Shown here in pieces: positions 14,401 to 24,770 of a stretch of DNA of 56,811 bases. The stretch is from Tubiluchus corallicola (lineage: Eukaryota; Animalia; Priapulida). The translations under genes were made by a program, and so were the position numbers. The stretch covers positions 1 through 56,811 of the forward strand of contig JAQGDQ010001186.1 in the NCBI GenBank assembly GCA_030141605.1, in the 5' to 3' direction. Numbering within the stretch: the first letter of the stretch is position 1; each line of letters begins with the position of its first letter. Under the pieces are notes generated by a model. That model was not told the DNA's origin. It saw only the letters and a program-made list of their open reading frames with translations, and did no database searches.

Positions 14401-16185
14401 GACCATAGAATTTGTATTACAATATGATGCTCATTGTTTGCCATATAGCAGACCTTAGAATTTGCATTACAATATGATGCTCATTGTTTGCCATATAGCA
14501 GACCTTAGAATTTGCATTACAATATGATGCTCATTGTTTGCCATATAGCAGACCTTAGAATTTGCATTACAATATGATGCTCATTGTTTGCCATATAGCA
14601 GACCTTAGAATTTGCATTACAATATGATGCTCATTGTTTGCCATACAGCAGACCATAGAATTTGTATTACAATATGGTGCTCATTGTTTCCATACAGCAG
14701 ACCATAGAATTTGTGTTACAATATGGTGCTCATTGTTTGCCATACAACAGACCATAGAATTTGTATTACAATATGGTGCTCATTGTTTGCCATATAGCAG
14801 ACCATAGAATTTGTATTACAATATGGTGCTCATTGTTTGTCATACAACAGACCATAGAATTTGTATTACAATATGGTGCTCATTGTTTGCCATATAGCAG
14901 ACCATAGAATTTGTATTACAATATGGTGCTCATTGTTTGTCATACAACAGACCATAGAATTTGTATTACAATATGGTGCTCATTGTTTGCCATACAACAG
15001 ACCATAGAATTTGTATTACAATATGGTGCTCATTGTTTGCCATACAACAGACCATAGAATTTGTATTACAATATGGTGCTCATTGTTTGTCATACAACAG
15101 ACCATAGAATTTGTATTACAATATGGTGCTCATTGTTTGCCATACAACAGACCATAGAATTTGTATTACAATATGGTGCTCATTGTTTGCCATACAACAG
15201 ACCATAGAATTTGTATTACAATATGGTGCTCGTTGTTTGCCATACAGCAGACCATAGAATTTGTATTACAATATGTGCTCTTTGTTTGCCATACAGCAGA
15301 CCATAGAATTTGTATTACAATATGATGCTCATTGTTTGCCATACAACAGACCATAGAATTTGTATTACAATATGATGCTCATTGTTTGCCATACAACAGA
15401 CCATAGAATTTGTATTACAATATGGTGCTCATTGTTTGCCATACAGCAGACCATAGAATTTGTATTACAATATGGTGCTCATTGTTTGCCATATAGCAGA
15501 CCATAGAATTTGTATTACAATATGGTGCTCATTGTTTGCCATACAACAGACCATAGAATTTGTATTACAATATGGTGCTTGTTGTTTGCCATACAGCAGA
15601 CCATGGAATTTGTATTACAATATGGTGCTCATTGTTTGCCATACAGCAGACCATGGAATTTGTATTACAATATGGTGCTCATTGTTTGCCATACAGCAGA
15701 CCATGGAATTTGTATTACAATATGGTGCTCATTGTTTGCCATACAACAGACCATAAAATCTGTATTAGAATATGAACTTACGTTGGGATTTTTCCGATGT
15801 GTGAATGAATGATTTCTAATAATCTAGCATTAATATTAATTAGTACAGTGTGTTTACAGCACTAGTATTTGTTATTGCGTAAACTTATATTTAATGAACC
15901 TAGCTAAAACATTTAAAGTAAGTCGCATTCACATTCGGACATTTTTTTGCTGTTCAGATCACGAAGAACAGGTTCGACGGCGACTGTGGCATCATGCCCA
16001 TAGAATTCGATCGCGATTCGCTGACATTTTCCAAAAAGAAGTTGAAGGAACCGAAAAAAACTATAATAAGGAGAAAGAAGGCAGTTCCGGCGTCGGATAA
16101 GCCAGCCGATGATTCGAATTCGGAATTTTTGGTAGAAGAATCGCAGGATCTGAATGGAGACCCGGTCAGTGATTCCAATTCCTGA
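377..16185 (+). CDS. TWNK: Twinkle mitochondrial replicative DNA helicase (SF4/T7 gp4-like), 5'-partial, 8 coding exons in window
   Basis: Exons with AG/GT boundaries and compatible phases: 377-536, 1577-1698, 4150-4321, 6742-6950, 9570-9684, 11034-11216, 12572-12700, 15958-16185 (TGA). The spliced product contains [23 protein letters not shown], Walker [32 protein letters not shown] (Walker B), [26 protein letters not shown] and ITKNRFDGD, all characteristic of Twinkle. N-terminal exons lie upstream of the window. Confidence 0.96.
739..1072 (+). mobile_element. Dispersed repeat without obvious TIRs (second, inverted copy at 40078-41346)
   Basis: Shared blocks TTAGGTGCTGCCATCTATG, CAGTATAATTGTA, TGTGAAGCCTGT, TGTTCAGTGCAGCAG and ATAAACACTTTTCTGT...GCAAATA. 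Confidence 0.75.
1705..3141. repeat. 37-bp minisatellite, about 38 copies, in a Twinkle intron
   Basis: Unit TTGGTTTGCCAGATGATATGTTTCAAACTTCTTTATG. Begins with diverged copies just after the donor at 1699. Confidence 0.97.
4362..4635. mobile_element. Kolobok-like MITE family B (short deletion derivative)
   Basis: Inverted ends GAAAACCGGATGATTGT/ACAATCATCCAGTTTTC followed by TTAA. The right arm is shared with 7285-7413 and 32060-32186. Confidence 0.6.
4895..5335. repeat. Old degenerate tandem repeat of about 19 bp
   Basis: Recurrent CTAGGAAGTCTTCTGTCCT-like units. Confidence 0.8.
6269..6603. mobile_element. Foldback element with tRNA-derived core
   Basis: Imperfect inverted arms of about 130 bp ending TTAATTAATTATG/CATAATTAATTAA. 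Central tRNA-like segment 6419-6490 with A box TGGCTCAAGTGG and B box GTTCAAATCC. Confidence 0.7.
6965..7413. mobile_element. Kolobok-like MITE (family C-type left end, family B body)
   Basis: Starts AGGAAGACAGGATGATTTTT and ends TCCGGTTTTTCT-TTAA. Body 7030-7410 matches 31800-32186. Confidence 0.65.
7520..8033 (+). mobile_element. Kolobok-like MITE family C
   Basis: Flanked by TTAA on both sides, with AG...CT termini. Homologous copies at 49069-49644 and 39952-41437 (interrupted). Confidence 0.75.
8195..8390. repeat. Dispersed repeat (inverted copy at 56505-56705)
   Basis: About 190 bp reverse-complement match including GAAGTTGAGGTGCAGGCTGCACACTGAAAAACA. Confidence 0.8.
9774..9950. mobile_element. 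Short Tc1/mariner-like MITE
   Basis: TA-flanked imperfect TIRs CCGGGTGTCCCAGAA/TTCTGGAATGCCCTG. Confidence 0.55.
10173..10859. mobile_element. pogo/Tigger-like MITE
   Basis: Perfect TIR CAGTAAGTCCTCGCTTAAC/GTTAAGCGAGGACTTACTG, with TA on the left. Confidence 0.85.
11286..11885. mobile_element. pogo/Tigger-like MITE
   Basis: TIR TAAACTCCGCGTAACTCAAA/TTTGAGTTATGCGGAGTTTACTG-TA, with subterminal TAACTCAAA repeats. Confidence 0.75.
12693..13498 (+). repeat. 37-bp minisatellite, 22 copies, consisting of the Twinkle exon end plus 5' splice site
   Basis: Unit TCATACAG|GTATTAGTTTAATCATTACTGTAATTTAA. The first copy is the real exon/intron junction at 12700/12701 and the last CAG|GT is at 13477. Confidence 0.97.
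13630..15770. repeat. 50-bp minisatellite, about 43 copies, in the last Twinkle intron
   Basis: Unit GCTCATTGTTTGCCATACAACAGACCATAGAATTTGTATTACAATATGGT. Confidence 0.97.
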
Positions 16186-16507
16186 CATTTTCCTGAGTCC
16201 ACTGGAAGAATTTTGCATGACGCACAAATTGGTGCTTAAAGAAGCGGGTTTGAACGTGTCTCAAAACTTGTGTCATTTTTGCACAAGGAATGTTGGTTGC
16301 CGTGCAGAGTTTGTTAAACCAGCTGTGTTATATATCTGCAAAAAGTCTCTGAGTTTGGTACTGGTCCAGATTACATTGGTCCTGTACCAACTGGTAGTTG
16401 CCGTACAAATCCCACACAAATGTTGCCCTGCAGCAGCACTCATCAGCTAGCAAAGATTTTAGCCCCTACATTATAAAATTTTAAATTTCTTTTAATTGTT
16501 GGCGTCC

Positions 16508-16797
16508 GTCTGTCTCAGAAGACAATGGAGTGTGCCGCGCCAAGAGAGTCAGTTATTGATCACATTGATGGAGCTGCAGCATCGACTTTGGCTGAGCAGT
16601 GCGATCCTTGAACCTAGCCGTTGGCTGCTGGTGCAGCTCCTCCGCCTAGTGTCGAGATACAGTGTGGGCATCCCGCAAGCCTACAGCACCTGGTATTCCT
16701 AGGCGGTCACCCATCCACGTACCAACCAGTGTGTACGTTGCTTAACTTCGGTGATCAGGCGAGAACCGGTGTTTTCAACGTGATGTGGCCGTAGTAC
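16508..16797 (-). mobile_element. 5S rRNA-derived SINE (SINE3-type), internally deleted copy
   Basis: The reverse complement of 16678-16797 is a full-length diverged 5S (CTACGGCCA...GATCACCGAAGTTAAGCAAC...GGATGGGTGACCGCCT...GTGCTGTAGGCT). It is followed by a body shared with 45996-46523 instead of a T-run terminator. Confidence 0.88.
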
Positions 16798-16929
16798 GAT
16801 ATGGCCATTCTTCTAATGTGGTTCAAATAAGGGGTCAATTTTTTAACCTGTTATGCCCATGGGGATTCTTCATATGTCTTACTATTCTGAACATGCTATT
16901 TAATGGTGATTTTTACAGGCAACTAGAAA

Positions 16930-17300
16930 CCACGTCTTAGCAATGTAATTGCAGTTACTTTTCGGCTAGTTTTCCTAGAGTCAAACCTCGTTATACTGGC
17001 ATCGGTCTTAGTCACCTGTGTCTCTCCTGTATCATCCTGTGCCGGAGGCGACTGGTGTCCACTCCCTTCTTCCCTGTTGGCCATTACTTCCATCATTCTA
17101 GCCGGTACTTTCTCCAGGTGTTGCACGAGCCTCTTATCACCGAGCGGATCAGTTTGGCTCTGATGCCCAGTAGACCGAGCATGTTCAGGATGTCATCGTT
17201 TTCGCCACCTGCCCGTTCCCCACGATAGCCCACGCGATGAAGCAGTGGCAGAGACGCAACGCCTCTTGACGTCAGCGAGGATTGGTCCATTTTTGTAATG
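16930..17300 (-). mobile_element. Possible decayed 3' end of a restriction-endonuclease-type (R2/Hero-like) non-LTR retrotransposon
   Basis: GC-richer island. The minus-strand translation VGYRG...ILNMLGLLGIRAKLIRSVIR resembles the recalled C-terminal VEVGCRG...MLGLLGI motif. Weak evidence. Confidence 0.3.
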
Positions 17301-17433
17301 CGAGTTTCAATTAACGACCTCATTTTTGGCAAAAGAAATGTCCATATTTTCACGTATGTATTAATGCACCTTGTTATCATGCTAACTTTGTTTGCCATCC
17401 CAAAGTGGCTGGCATAGAGAGCTTTGACTGTAG

Positions 17434-17941
17434 CAGGGATGAGAATTTTCCGTGGATACGCGGAATTCCAAGTTTTTGAAAGACCAGTAGTGTCATTTTT
17501 GTAAATTGTGTAAATTTGTTGAGAAAATTTTTACGGACCCAGTACATTATTTCGCAAGCTGACCGCTAGTTGGCAGGCCGTTAGTTTGTTTACATCACGT
17601 ACATCAGTGTAACCACATGTATATCTCTATGTATAAAAATATAGAATCAATTGTGCGGAGTTAATTGAGTCAATTGCAGACAGTTTTTATATACTTTTGC
17701 ATAGGAGCGGCCAGTACTTAGTCGTTATTCAGACAATTAGGTATCATGTATCCTTGATAGTTGGGTATTTTAAATTATGCACGAAACAAGGTAGCTGATA
17801 TTTTAAGTCCACTTAGAGGCTCTCTTTGGTCACAAAATTGCTATTTGTTGCTTCGCCCCCTTGAACTCCCATGCGGGCCTACGCGGCCCCCAAACCCCGG
17901 CCTGTTTCAGAGTTTTTTGCAATTTGTCATTCTCATCCCTG
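17434..17941 (+). mobile_element. MITE family D (CAGGGATGAGAAT TIR, apparent 6-bp TSD)
   Basis: TIRs CAGGGATGAGAAT/ATTCTCATCCCTG, flanks CTGTAG/CTGTAG, and a close copy at 47337-47838. Confidence 0.85.
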
Positions 17942-18294
17942 CTGTAGTTAAAGAGCAAATAAACTAAACTGTAAGGATAATTATGCTAAATACCGATATT
18001 TTATTCCTTTATTATAGCTACTGTGATAGAAAATTTACAAAATACGGTATTGTTCTTACAAGAATTCCATTTTCTAAGACACGTTCCCTTCTAATATAGT
18101 ATAGATAATTTCACTCCATTTATATACATTCTATTAAGGCGACTCATTTCATCATAATAAACTTTTTACAACGGTAAATTTGTTTTCTTTTATACTAAAT
18201 GAATTTTCTGTTCAGCGCTCTATTTTTATAGTCTTTTTTCCGCTTCGTATACGGTGCCGCGTTACCATGGCAACGTGGGATGAATTTTTCTGGG

Positions 18295-21200
18295 CTATGA
18301 AGATGCAATCCTGTTTAGAGGGTCTTCTAAGTAATCTGCCAAAGCATCAGACTGAAAAATAAGAAAAAAACGGCAAAATTCAAATCTAAAGTGCAGGTTT
18401 TAAAAAGCTGATGTACAAACTAAAAAAATGCATTGGACATGATATTTTATTATTATAAAAAAGCGATGGCTTTATTGCAAGTACAATTTAAAACCAACTA
18501 TCGGGTCTTGATTAAAACGAATCAGTGCCAAAACACCAAAATGATCCCATACGTGTGACTAATGTTGCCTATTTGTGTACTTAATTTTGAATTGACTAGC
18601 TTTCTCATTCAAAAATTTCTAACGTTCCGTATCTCTGCCAGCACGTGCACAGTCTGACTGCGAATCTGCAATGCGTTTGCCATATTTCAACAAGTGATTT
18701 GCAGTGTCACGCGATTATTGCAAGAGTGAAAATCTTTGCAGCTGGTAAAAATGTCGGCTAGCTTGGCTCCCATACTGAGGGGCCGGCTCGACTAAAGCTG
18801 GGTTTCTTATCGGCTAAGTGGACCGTAGAAATAAATCGGCTGGAACTCGGCTAGGTTTATTGCCCAACAGAGCTGGTACAGCAGCGTTTCTTCTGTGTTA
18901 ATGCACGAGAGATTTGATTACACCCCCGCGACCTTGAAATATTTCACGTGGCCAAGGGTCAAGTGGTCACTGATCAGGATTTCTCACATTTGAGCAGCTT
19001 GCTCGAGAGACGAATTTGTGTGAAACGGTGAGAAATGTACAATTAAAGTCAGGTCAGAATAAGTCAGACAAAATTCTAACCTCATTCTGCTACACTGTGC
19101 TTTACTTCGGTTGATTAGTCCTTTTAAAAAACAACACTGAGTTTTGCACAAATAGCTATAGTTGTCATTACATTCATCGGAAACAGTACAACTATGGGTT
19201 TGAGTCGTCCAGTCACTAGCAATTATTTGTTGGTTGCAATGCTTAAATTTAAACCTAAAAACACTTCATAAAAAAATCTTTAAAAATTTGTCTTGAAATT
19301 TTGCATCCCTTACATTCTGTCTTACTACATACAGAGCTTGAGTCAGCAGTAACGCTGTATAAAACATGTAAATTTAAACTCCCGCGATGACCGTTAGACG
19401 CAGATATATTAAAAACACATTTTTGGTGAGTCGGTGACATTTTACCAGTTGGCATTACTAAGAATTTTATTTTCTAGTTATTTAAGTCCAAGCTGGTAAT
19501 GTAAGTTTGTACTTAATTTTTTGTACTTTAAAATTGCCCTTTCTTCCCTTTTAACATACCTTGGCTTTTAGTATTCCAAATCCCACAAAGTCTTTAGCGT
19601 ATATGCACAAGAGAAGATTTGCCACTTGTGTAATGGCCACTTTTCCTTCCTGGAAAAAAAATAAAAAAATTTGTGTCAAATTTGAAATTTACGATACGAA
19701 GACAAACGCACGTGAGAAAAGTGAAAGTACCTTACACAGTACTCAGACAAGTGTACATTAGTGTATTTTTAGGTATATAATTATTATTATACTATATATA
19801 TGGTATTTACAGGATATAATTTACAATACAGAAATTTCTAATGAAGTGGAATGACTTGCAAATACAATAGTACAGTCAACCTCGGATATAAGTAACACCT
19901 CCGGACCGGAAAAAACCCTCCCTTATATCCGATGTCCCTTATAACCGAAGTTGAGTCAAACCGAGGGTGTATCTAGGCCTGTACTTTTCTGTGCTTTTAC
20001 CCATATTTTTATGTATTATTGCTACACATTCAGTGCAAACAGTATTTATGAAGCTCCTTCAGTGATGCGAGCTGTATGTGACCGCGGAAACCGAGCTGTT
20101 CGAAGGCAGAGTTTCCAAAAAATTGAGGTTAAAAATTGATCAATTTCGCTTTGATCATAGGGATATGCGAGGTTATTTACCTGGGTTTCTATTACACCGG
20201 ATCTGAAGACATCGTCTCTTATAAACGAAAGTCCCTTATATCCGAGTACCTTACATACGAAGATTTTTACACAGGAAAACGTTAGGAAAAATTGGGACTG
20301 GTGTTGGTGGGTCCCTTATTGGGTTGACTGTATTTATAAACACACAAAGTGTCCCTTGGACTGCGGTCGGGTCTTGTGCCCGTAATGATGTGGGTAACTA
20401 GTTGGTGACAAGGATAAGGCTTGAACTACACATCTCCATTTACAATTCCTCATCAAGTTCTTCAGTTGCTGATCGATATACTGCCCTAAAGGAACCTTTC
20501 TAGTACTGACAGAATCAGCATCGAGCATCAAAACTCGTGAAATCATGATGAAAATATAAAAGAAAGAAAAAGTTGCTCAGAGCGAAATTGGTCGATTGAT
20601 GCTTAACTATTTGCATACCGTAAATGGATCAGTTATTATGCCCAGTGTGTGGGGAAGATGATGACACTACTGAACATATGCTTGAATGTGACAGATATGG
20701 AGAATGGAAAAAAATTTTGAACTCAGATATTATTATTATTAATAATAATATTATAATGAACAGTGAAAAGGAAGGATTACTAGAAATTAGAAATCAAGAG
20801 AACGAATGCATGGAATACAGGATAAAGACATTAAACTTGGAAAAGACAACTAAAAGATCAGCGTTATAGAGGAATAGACTTTGCACCCTATAAAGGTGCC
20901 CGCCTTTGATAGGTGGAGAGAGTCGAGTATCGCAATCGCAAAATAAACATTAGCATAACTACTAGTAGTAAAATGGCTTAAAATTGGGATGAGTTTGAAT
21001 AAACGTTGATTTTTATGTTCAGTTCAAGACGATTGGATGTGTTTGCATTAAATCGATATGTTACATACATTGTGACAAACGGTTCATTGGGCATTAGGCT
21101 ACCAGATGAGGTATATAGAGCTTGCAGGTCTAGATACACCCTCGATCTGATTCAACTTCGGCTGTAAGGGACATTGGATATAAACGACGATTTTTTCCAG

Positions 21201-22965
21201 TCCGGAGGTGTCCCTTATATCCCAGGTTGACTGTATTTACAAAATTCTACCTGTCAAATTTGCAGAAATTTGGACTTTCCACCGTTCTATTGTGGACCTT
21301 TACTTTGAATCATCATGAGTACTGTTTGTAAACAGTGTTCCCTCACGTATCGCGGGTGTTCTGTTCCAGGCCCACACGTGATAAGTGAATTTCCGCGAAG
21401 TAGGAACGCTATACTTATTTTAGTAGTTATACATTATTTTAAGTCTTTATAAGTCCTCCCCACACTCTTACACATAATCCTTTCCCATTCCCTTAACAAC
21501 TTTTCCCATACAGTACATGTATCTTTTAAAAAATTGTGTGTCGTGTACAATCTCATGTCGGCAAGTAGCATCTCAAGCGGGCGCAAGTACTACATTTCGT
21601 TTTTGGTATGTATTCATCCGCTGAATAAATACACTATTTACTGTAAATGGCAATGATTTATAATATTCTTTTAATGTTGGAATTAATATTTTTAAAATAT
21701 TTTTATACATTTTGTGATTTTTTTATGCAAAATTCATCAAATCTATACATTACTGTACAATACGTACTACGCATGTGCAAAAATACTTTAGACGGAGTAC
21801 CGCGAAACAGCGGAAACACCGCGATGAATATTTTACATTAATATTTTTGAAAACCCGTGAAGCAGCGAGTCGGTGATAAGCAAACAGCAAAGTAGCGAGG
21901 GAACACTGTATAAAAAAAGCCAACATAGGCTGCTCGTAATTAAATTATTAAATCAGATCTAATCTCCGTACAACAGCTATTGAACTTTAATCAGTCACAC
22001 AATCAGGCATTTTCTCAATTCGAACATTTGTTGCTTGGTTACCGATACTACCTCACAGTCCATTAATATGTATTTTAACTTTTCTGGTCCCCCGCCGAAA
22101 GCTGCGTGTCCCGACTTTTCGTACGCTGCCCAAATGTTGCTGGCTATAGCTGCAGTGACTTTAGCTTCCTTGTTGTCATAGCCGGAGTAGGCTAAAAGAG
22201 CTCCCTCGTTGTTTAGCAACCTACAAATCACAAAAATATTTGTGCAAAAACAGACAAGGACAAACTTTACAAATGTGAAGAGCTGTGTTTAATAGTCCAA
22301 GAGTTTTCAACCTATTTTCCGTAACCTGACCTACTTTCCTGACCTGCGGATCAGACCATTGACCAGTACCCCATTGCAGAATTTACTCTATACATGTATA
22401 TAATAAAGTAAATATAGAATGGTCATATATTAAGACTAAATTTGCGTGGCAACAGATTTCAATTATTAACGAAATTTTAATGTAAATAGAACGGAACTTT
22501 CAAAAGACAATGTGACAGCAACTAGGCTTGTAGGAGTATACATATGAGCTGCTGCAAACTATTTTATCTGAGACATGAGAACAATACGTGATACGTCGGC
22601 AGGTCTCCCCATTTACCACAGCACCACACACCGCTTAGAATTGTAGCGCCACAGCGAGTTAGTATGCGGCACTGTGGTACACAGTTATATAGAGCCAGCA
22701 CAAGTGTCCCACGTTGTGTTACTATTCCCTTGCAATAGTGTACAGATTGGTCATACATTTTTTTCTTGTCTATTCTGTCCCAACTAAATTGTTTCAAATT
22801 TTCAGAGTAATTTTAGTTGTAAATGCAGCGAAAAAATGTCCACAAACAAGCAACAGAGCAATAAAAACCCTAGAGGTCAAATTGGGGCAATACTTACAAC
22901 GTACTATGAACTCCTCCAGTATTAGCTTGACTCAAAACTTGTGTTAACGCCTTTGGCTTTAGCAT
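18295..22965 (-). CDS. LAMTOR2: Ragulator complex protein LAMTOR2 (p14, roadblock domain), complete, 127 aa
   Basis: Minus-strand exons 22965-22898 ([23 protein letters not shown]), 22220-22052 ([14 protein letters not shown]...[12 protein letters not shown]...ILMDCE), 19649-19560 ([30 protein letters not shown]) and 18351-18295 ([18 protein letters not shown]). GT-AG introns, 384 nt in total, closely matching the recalled vertebrate LAMTOR2 sequence. Confidence 0.97.
19873..20330. mobile_element. pogo/Tigger-like MITE (inverted fragment also at about 21125-21235)
   Basis: TA-CAGTCAACC...GGTTGACTG-TA termini with subterminal CCTTATATCCGA repeats. Confidence 0.8.
20545..20950 (+). mobile_element. 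5'-truncated non-LTR retrotransposon 3' fragment
   Basis: CCHC-type knuckle [17 protein letters not shown], typical of LINE ORF2 C-termini, then a stop at 20869, a short 3' UTR and AATAAA. Confidence 0.6.
21334..21908. mobile_element. Tigger-like MITE
   Basis: TIR CAGTGTTCCCTC/GAGGGAACACTG-TA. Confidence 0.8.
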
Positions 22966-24684
22966 TGTTGGTTTCAAAGAATGGAAGTCTTTACAATGAC
23001 ATCAGGACCTAGAGTAACACAGTTCAATAACAACAATAAGGATAAAAAGTAAACCGCATATGAGTCAACACTCAATAGCTTTTGAATCGGCAACTTTTAA
23101 TATTAGTAAATCTATTAATAATTTTAGTAACACTACAGAAGTTGACACTTGACGGATCTTTATTTATCGCTTGTCGAAAACAATAACAGATATCTTTAAA
23201 ACTGTTCTAGTAAGTTTAGCTTCATAATGCGCGATATCCCATATTGGCTGTCAACTTGTGCAAAAAGTTATTTTCTGTAACTTTAGCCAGTTACTGATTT
23301 GCTGGCTCAGTGGTTCGAAATGTTTATTATGATGTCGTTCTCTTAGTCATGCTTAAAAAGCTAAATGCTATCTAGATTACCGTAAATCTTACTAGATAGT
23401 GCGCTAAAGATAGATAGATAGTGCCTTTTGTCGAGTGATTAGGCTACCTGAAAATTCTTGTTGAATACCTTTTGTAGGAGTTCATTTTCATTCTCTTCTG
23501 CGTGATTTTTCTATAAACAGATAGATATTCTTGTTATAATTTTAATTAAAAGGTGGCTGATTTACTAGCCTTTAGGGTTTTTTCGTCACCCTTTCTCTAA
23601 TAATACTAGCAATTTATTTTTGCTACGTAATTGTTTTTGCGTGTATTACAAGAGATAAATGAAATTATCCCTCTATCTATCTAGATCGACTTACAGGCTT
23701 CACCCTGTTGATCTTGGCTAATCTGAGAGTTCTTCATGCAAACAGAGTGTCACTTTATCTGTAATTATGGAATAATAAAATTATTTGTGTAAAAATTATT
23801 AACTTAGTTTAGTTTATTTATTTGCACTTTTTATTTATATAGCATGTGCGTGTAATGACTGATACAGTATTATAAAAAAATAATTGTCTATGATTCTTAT
23901 TAATTGATTCAACCTCAACTTTATAGCTTAATGACATTGTATAAAGTTACTAACAGGAAACACCAAAAACTGCTCAGTATTTGCCAAAATAAACTATTTT
24001 ATTGAAAACAGTAAAGAAGTTTCCTAGTAACAGACTCATTGGTTAAAGGTGATAATGCTGCAGCTGACTTACAACAGGGGAGCTCCGATTGGGCGGAGGC
24101 TAGCGGTTAAGTAGTAATGCCTACGTCACTAGTAGGATGTAACCAGTGTGTGACAGGGGGAGTGTTGCCACAAATGAAGCCATAGTGCTCTTGCAATTAT
24201 AACCTTTTAGCTTTTGGCAACTTACAGAAACTAATATTAGAATTGGTTATTTAAATTATAATGGTTAATCGAAATTATTGTAAATCAAATTTTTGGTCAT
24301 TTAAATTGTAATGTTTTACAGTATTGTGTTTCCCATCATTTGATTGCCAATTACACGCGTCAACAGAATTCAAATAAATTGAGAACGGTGCCAAAATTAA
24401 TTTTATTTAACCCTAGCTATTTAAGGGTGGCTGACTAGATAACCTACGTGTTCTTCGCTGCCCTTCTCCTTTGTTAAATAATATTGCATGTGTTCCTAAT
24501 ACTGTATTTTGATAATTCTTGCAGAGTTAATAAATAAATGAATTGAATTGAATTGAAGAATTAAATAGAAAATTCATTTTTATTTAGATGTCAAATTCTG
24601 AAGAATTTCCATGATAATAAGTACAATATTGTAAGATTGTTACGTATCTTACGGACTGTATTTTATTAAACACGGTTTGCTCAC

Positions 24685-24770
24685 AGATTTTTTTATTTTC
24701 AGGAATCTGAGTTTCAAAAATAAAACGTTTTTATGTCGAATTCATTTGAACTATTCCCATACAAACTGCA
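24685..24770 (+). other. Splice acceptor of a 5' UTR intron of DEPDC5
   Basis: ATTTTTTTATTTTCAG|G ending at 24702, 68 nt before the ATG. The matching donor is uncertain (candidate GTAAGT at 23210). Confidence 0.55.

Noticed and set aside
13630-15812. CRISPR-like array or repeat-protein ORFs
   Set aside because: Head-to-tail units with no unique spacers, no cas genes and a eukaryotic intron context. The same holds for all other arrays.
16678-16797. Functional 5S rRNA gene (also 46404-46523)
   Set aside because: The two copies differ from each other at many positions, lack an oligo-T terminator and continue into a shared SINE body.
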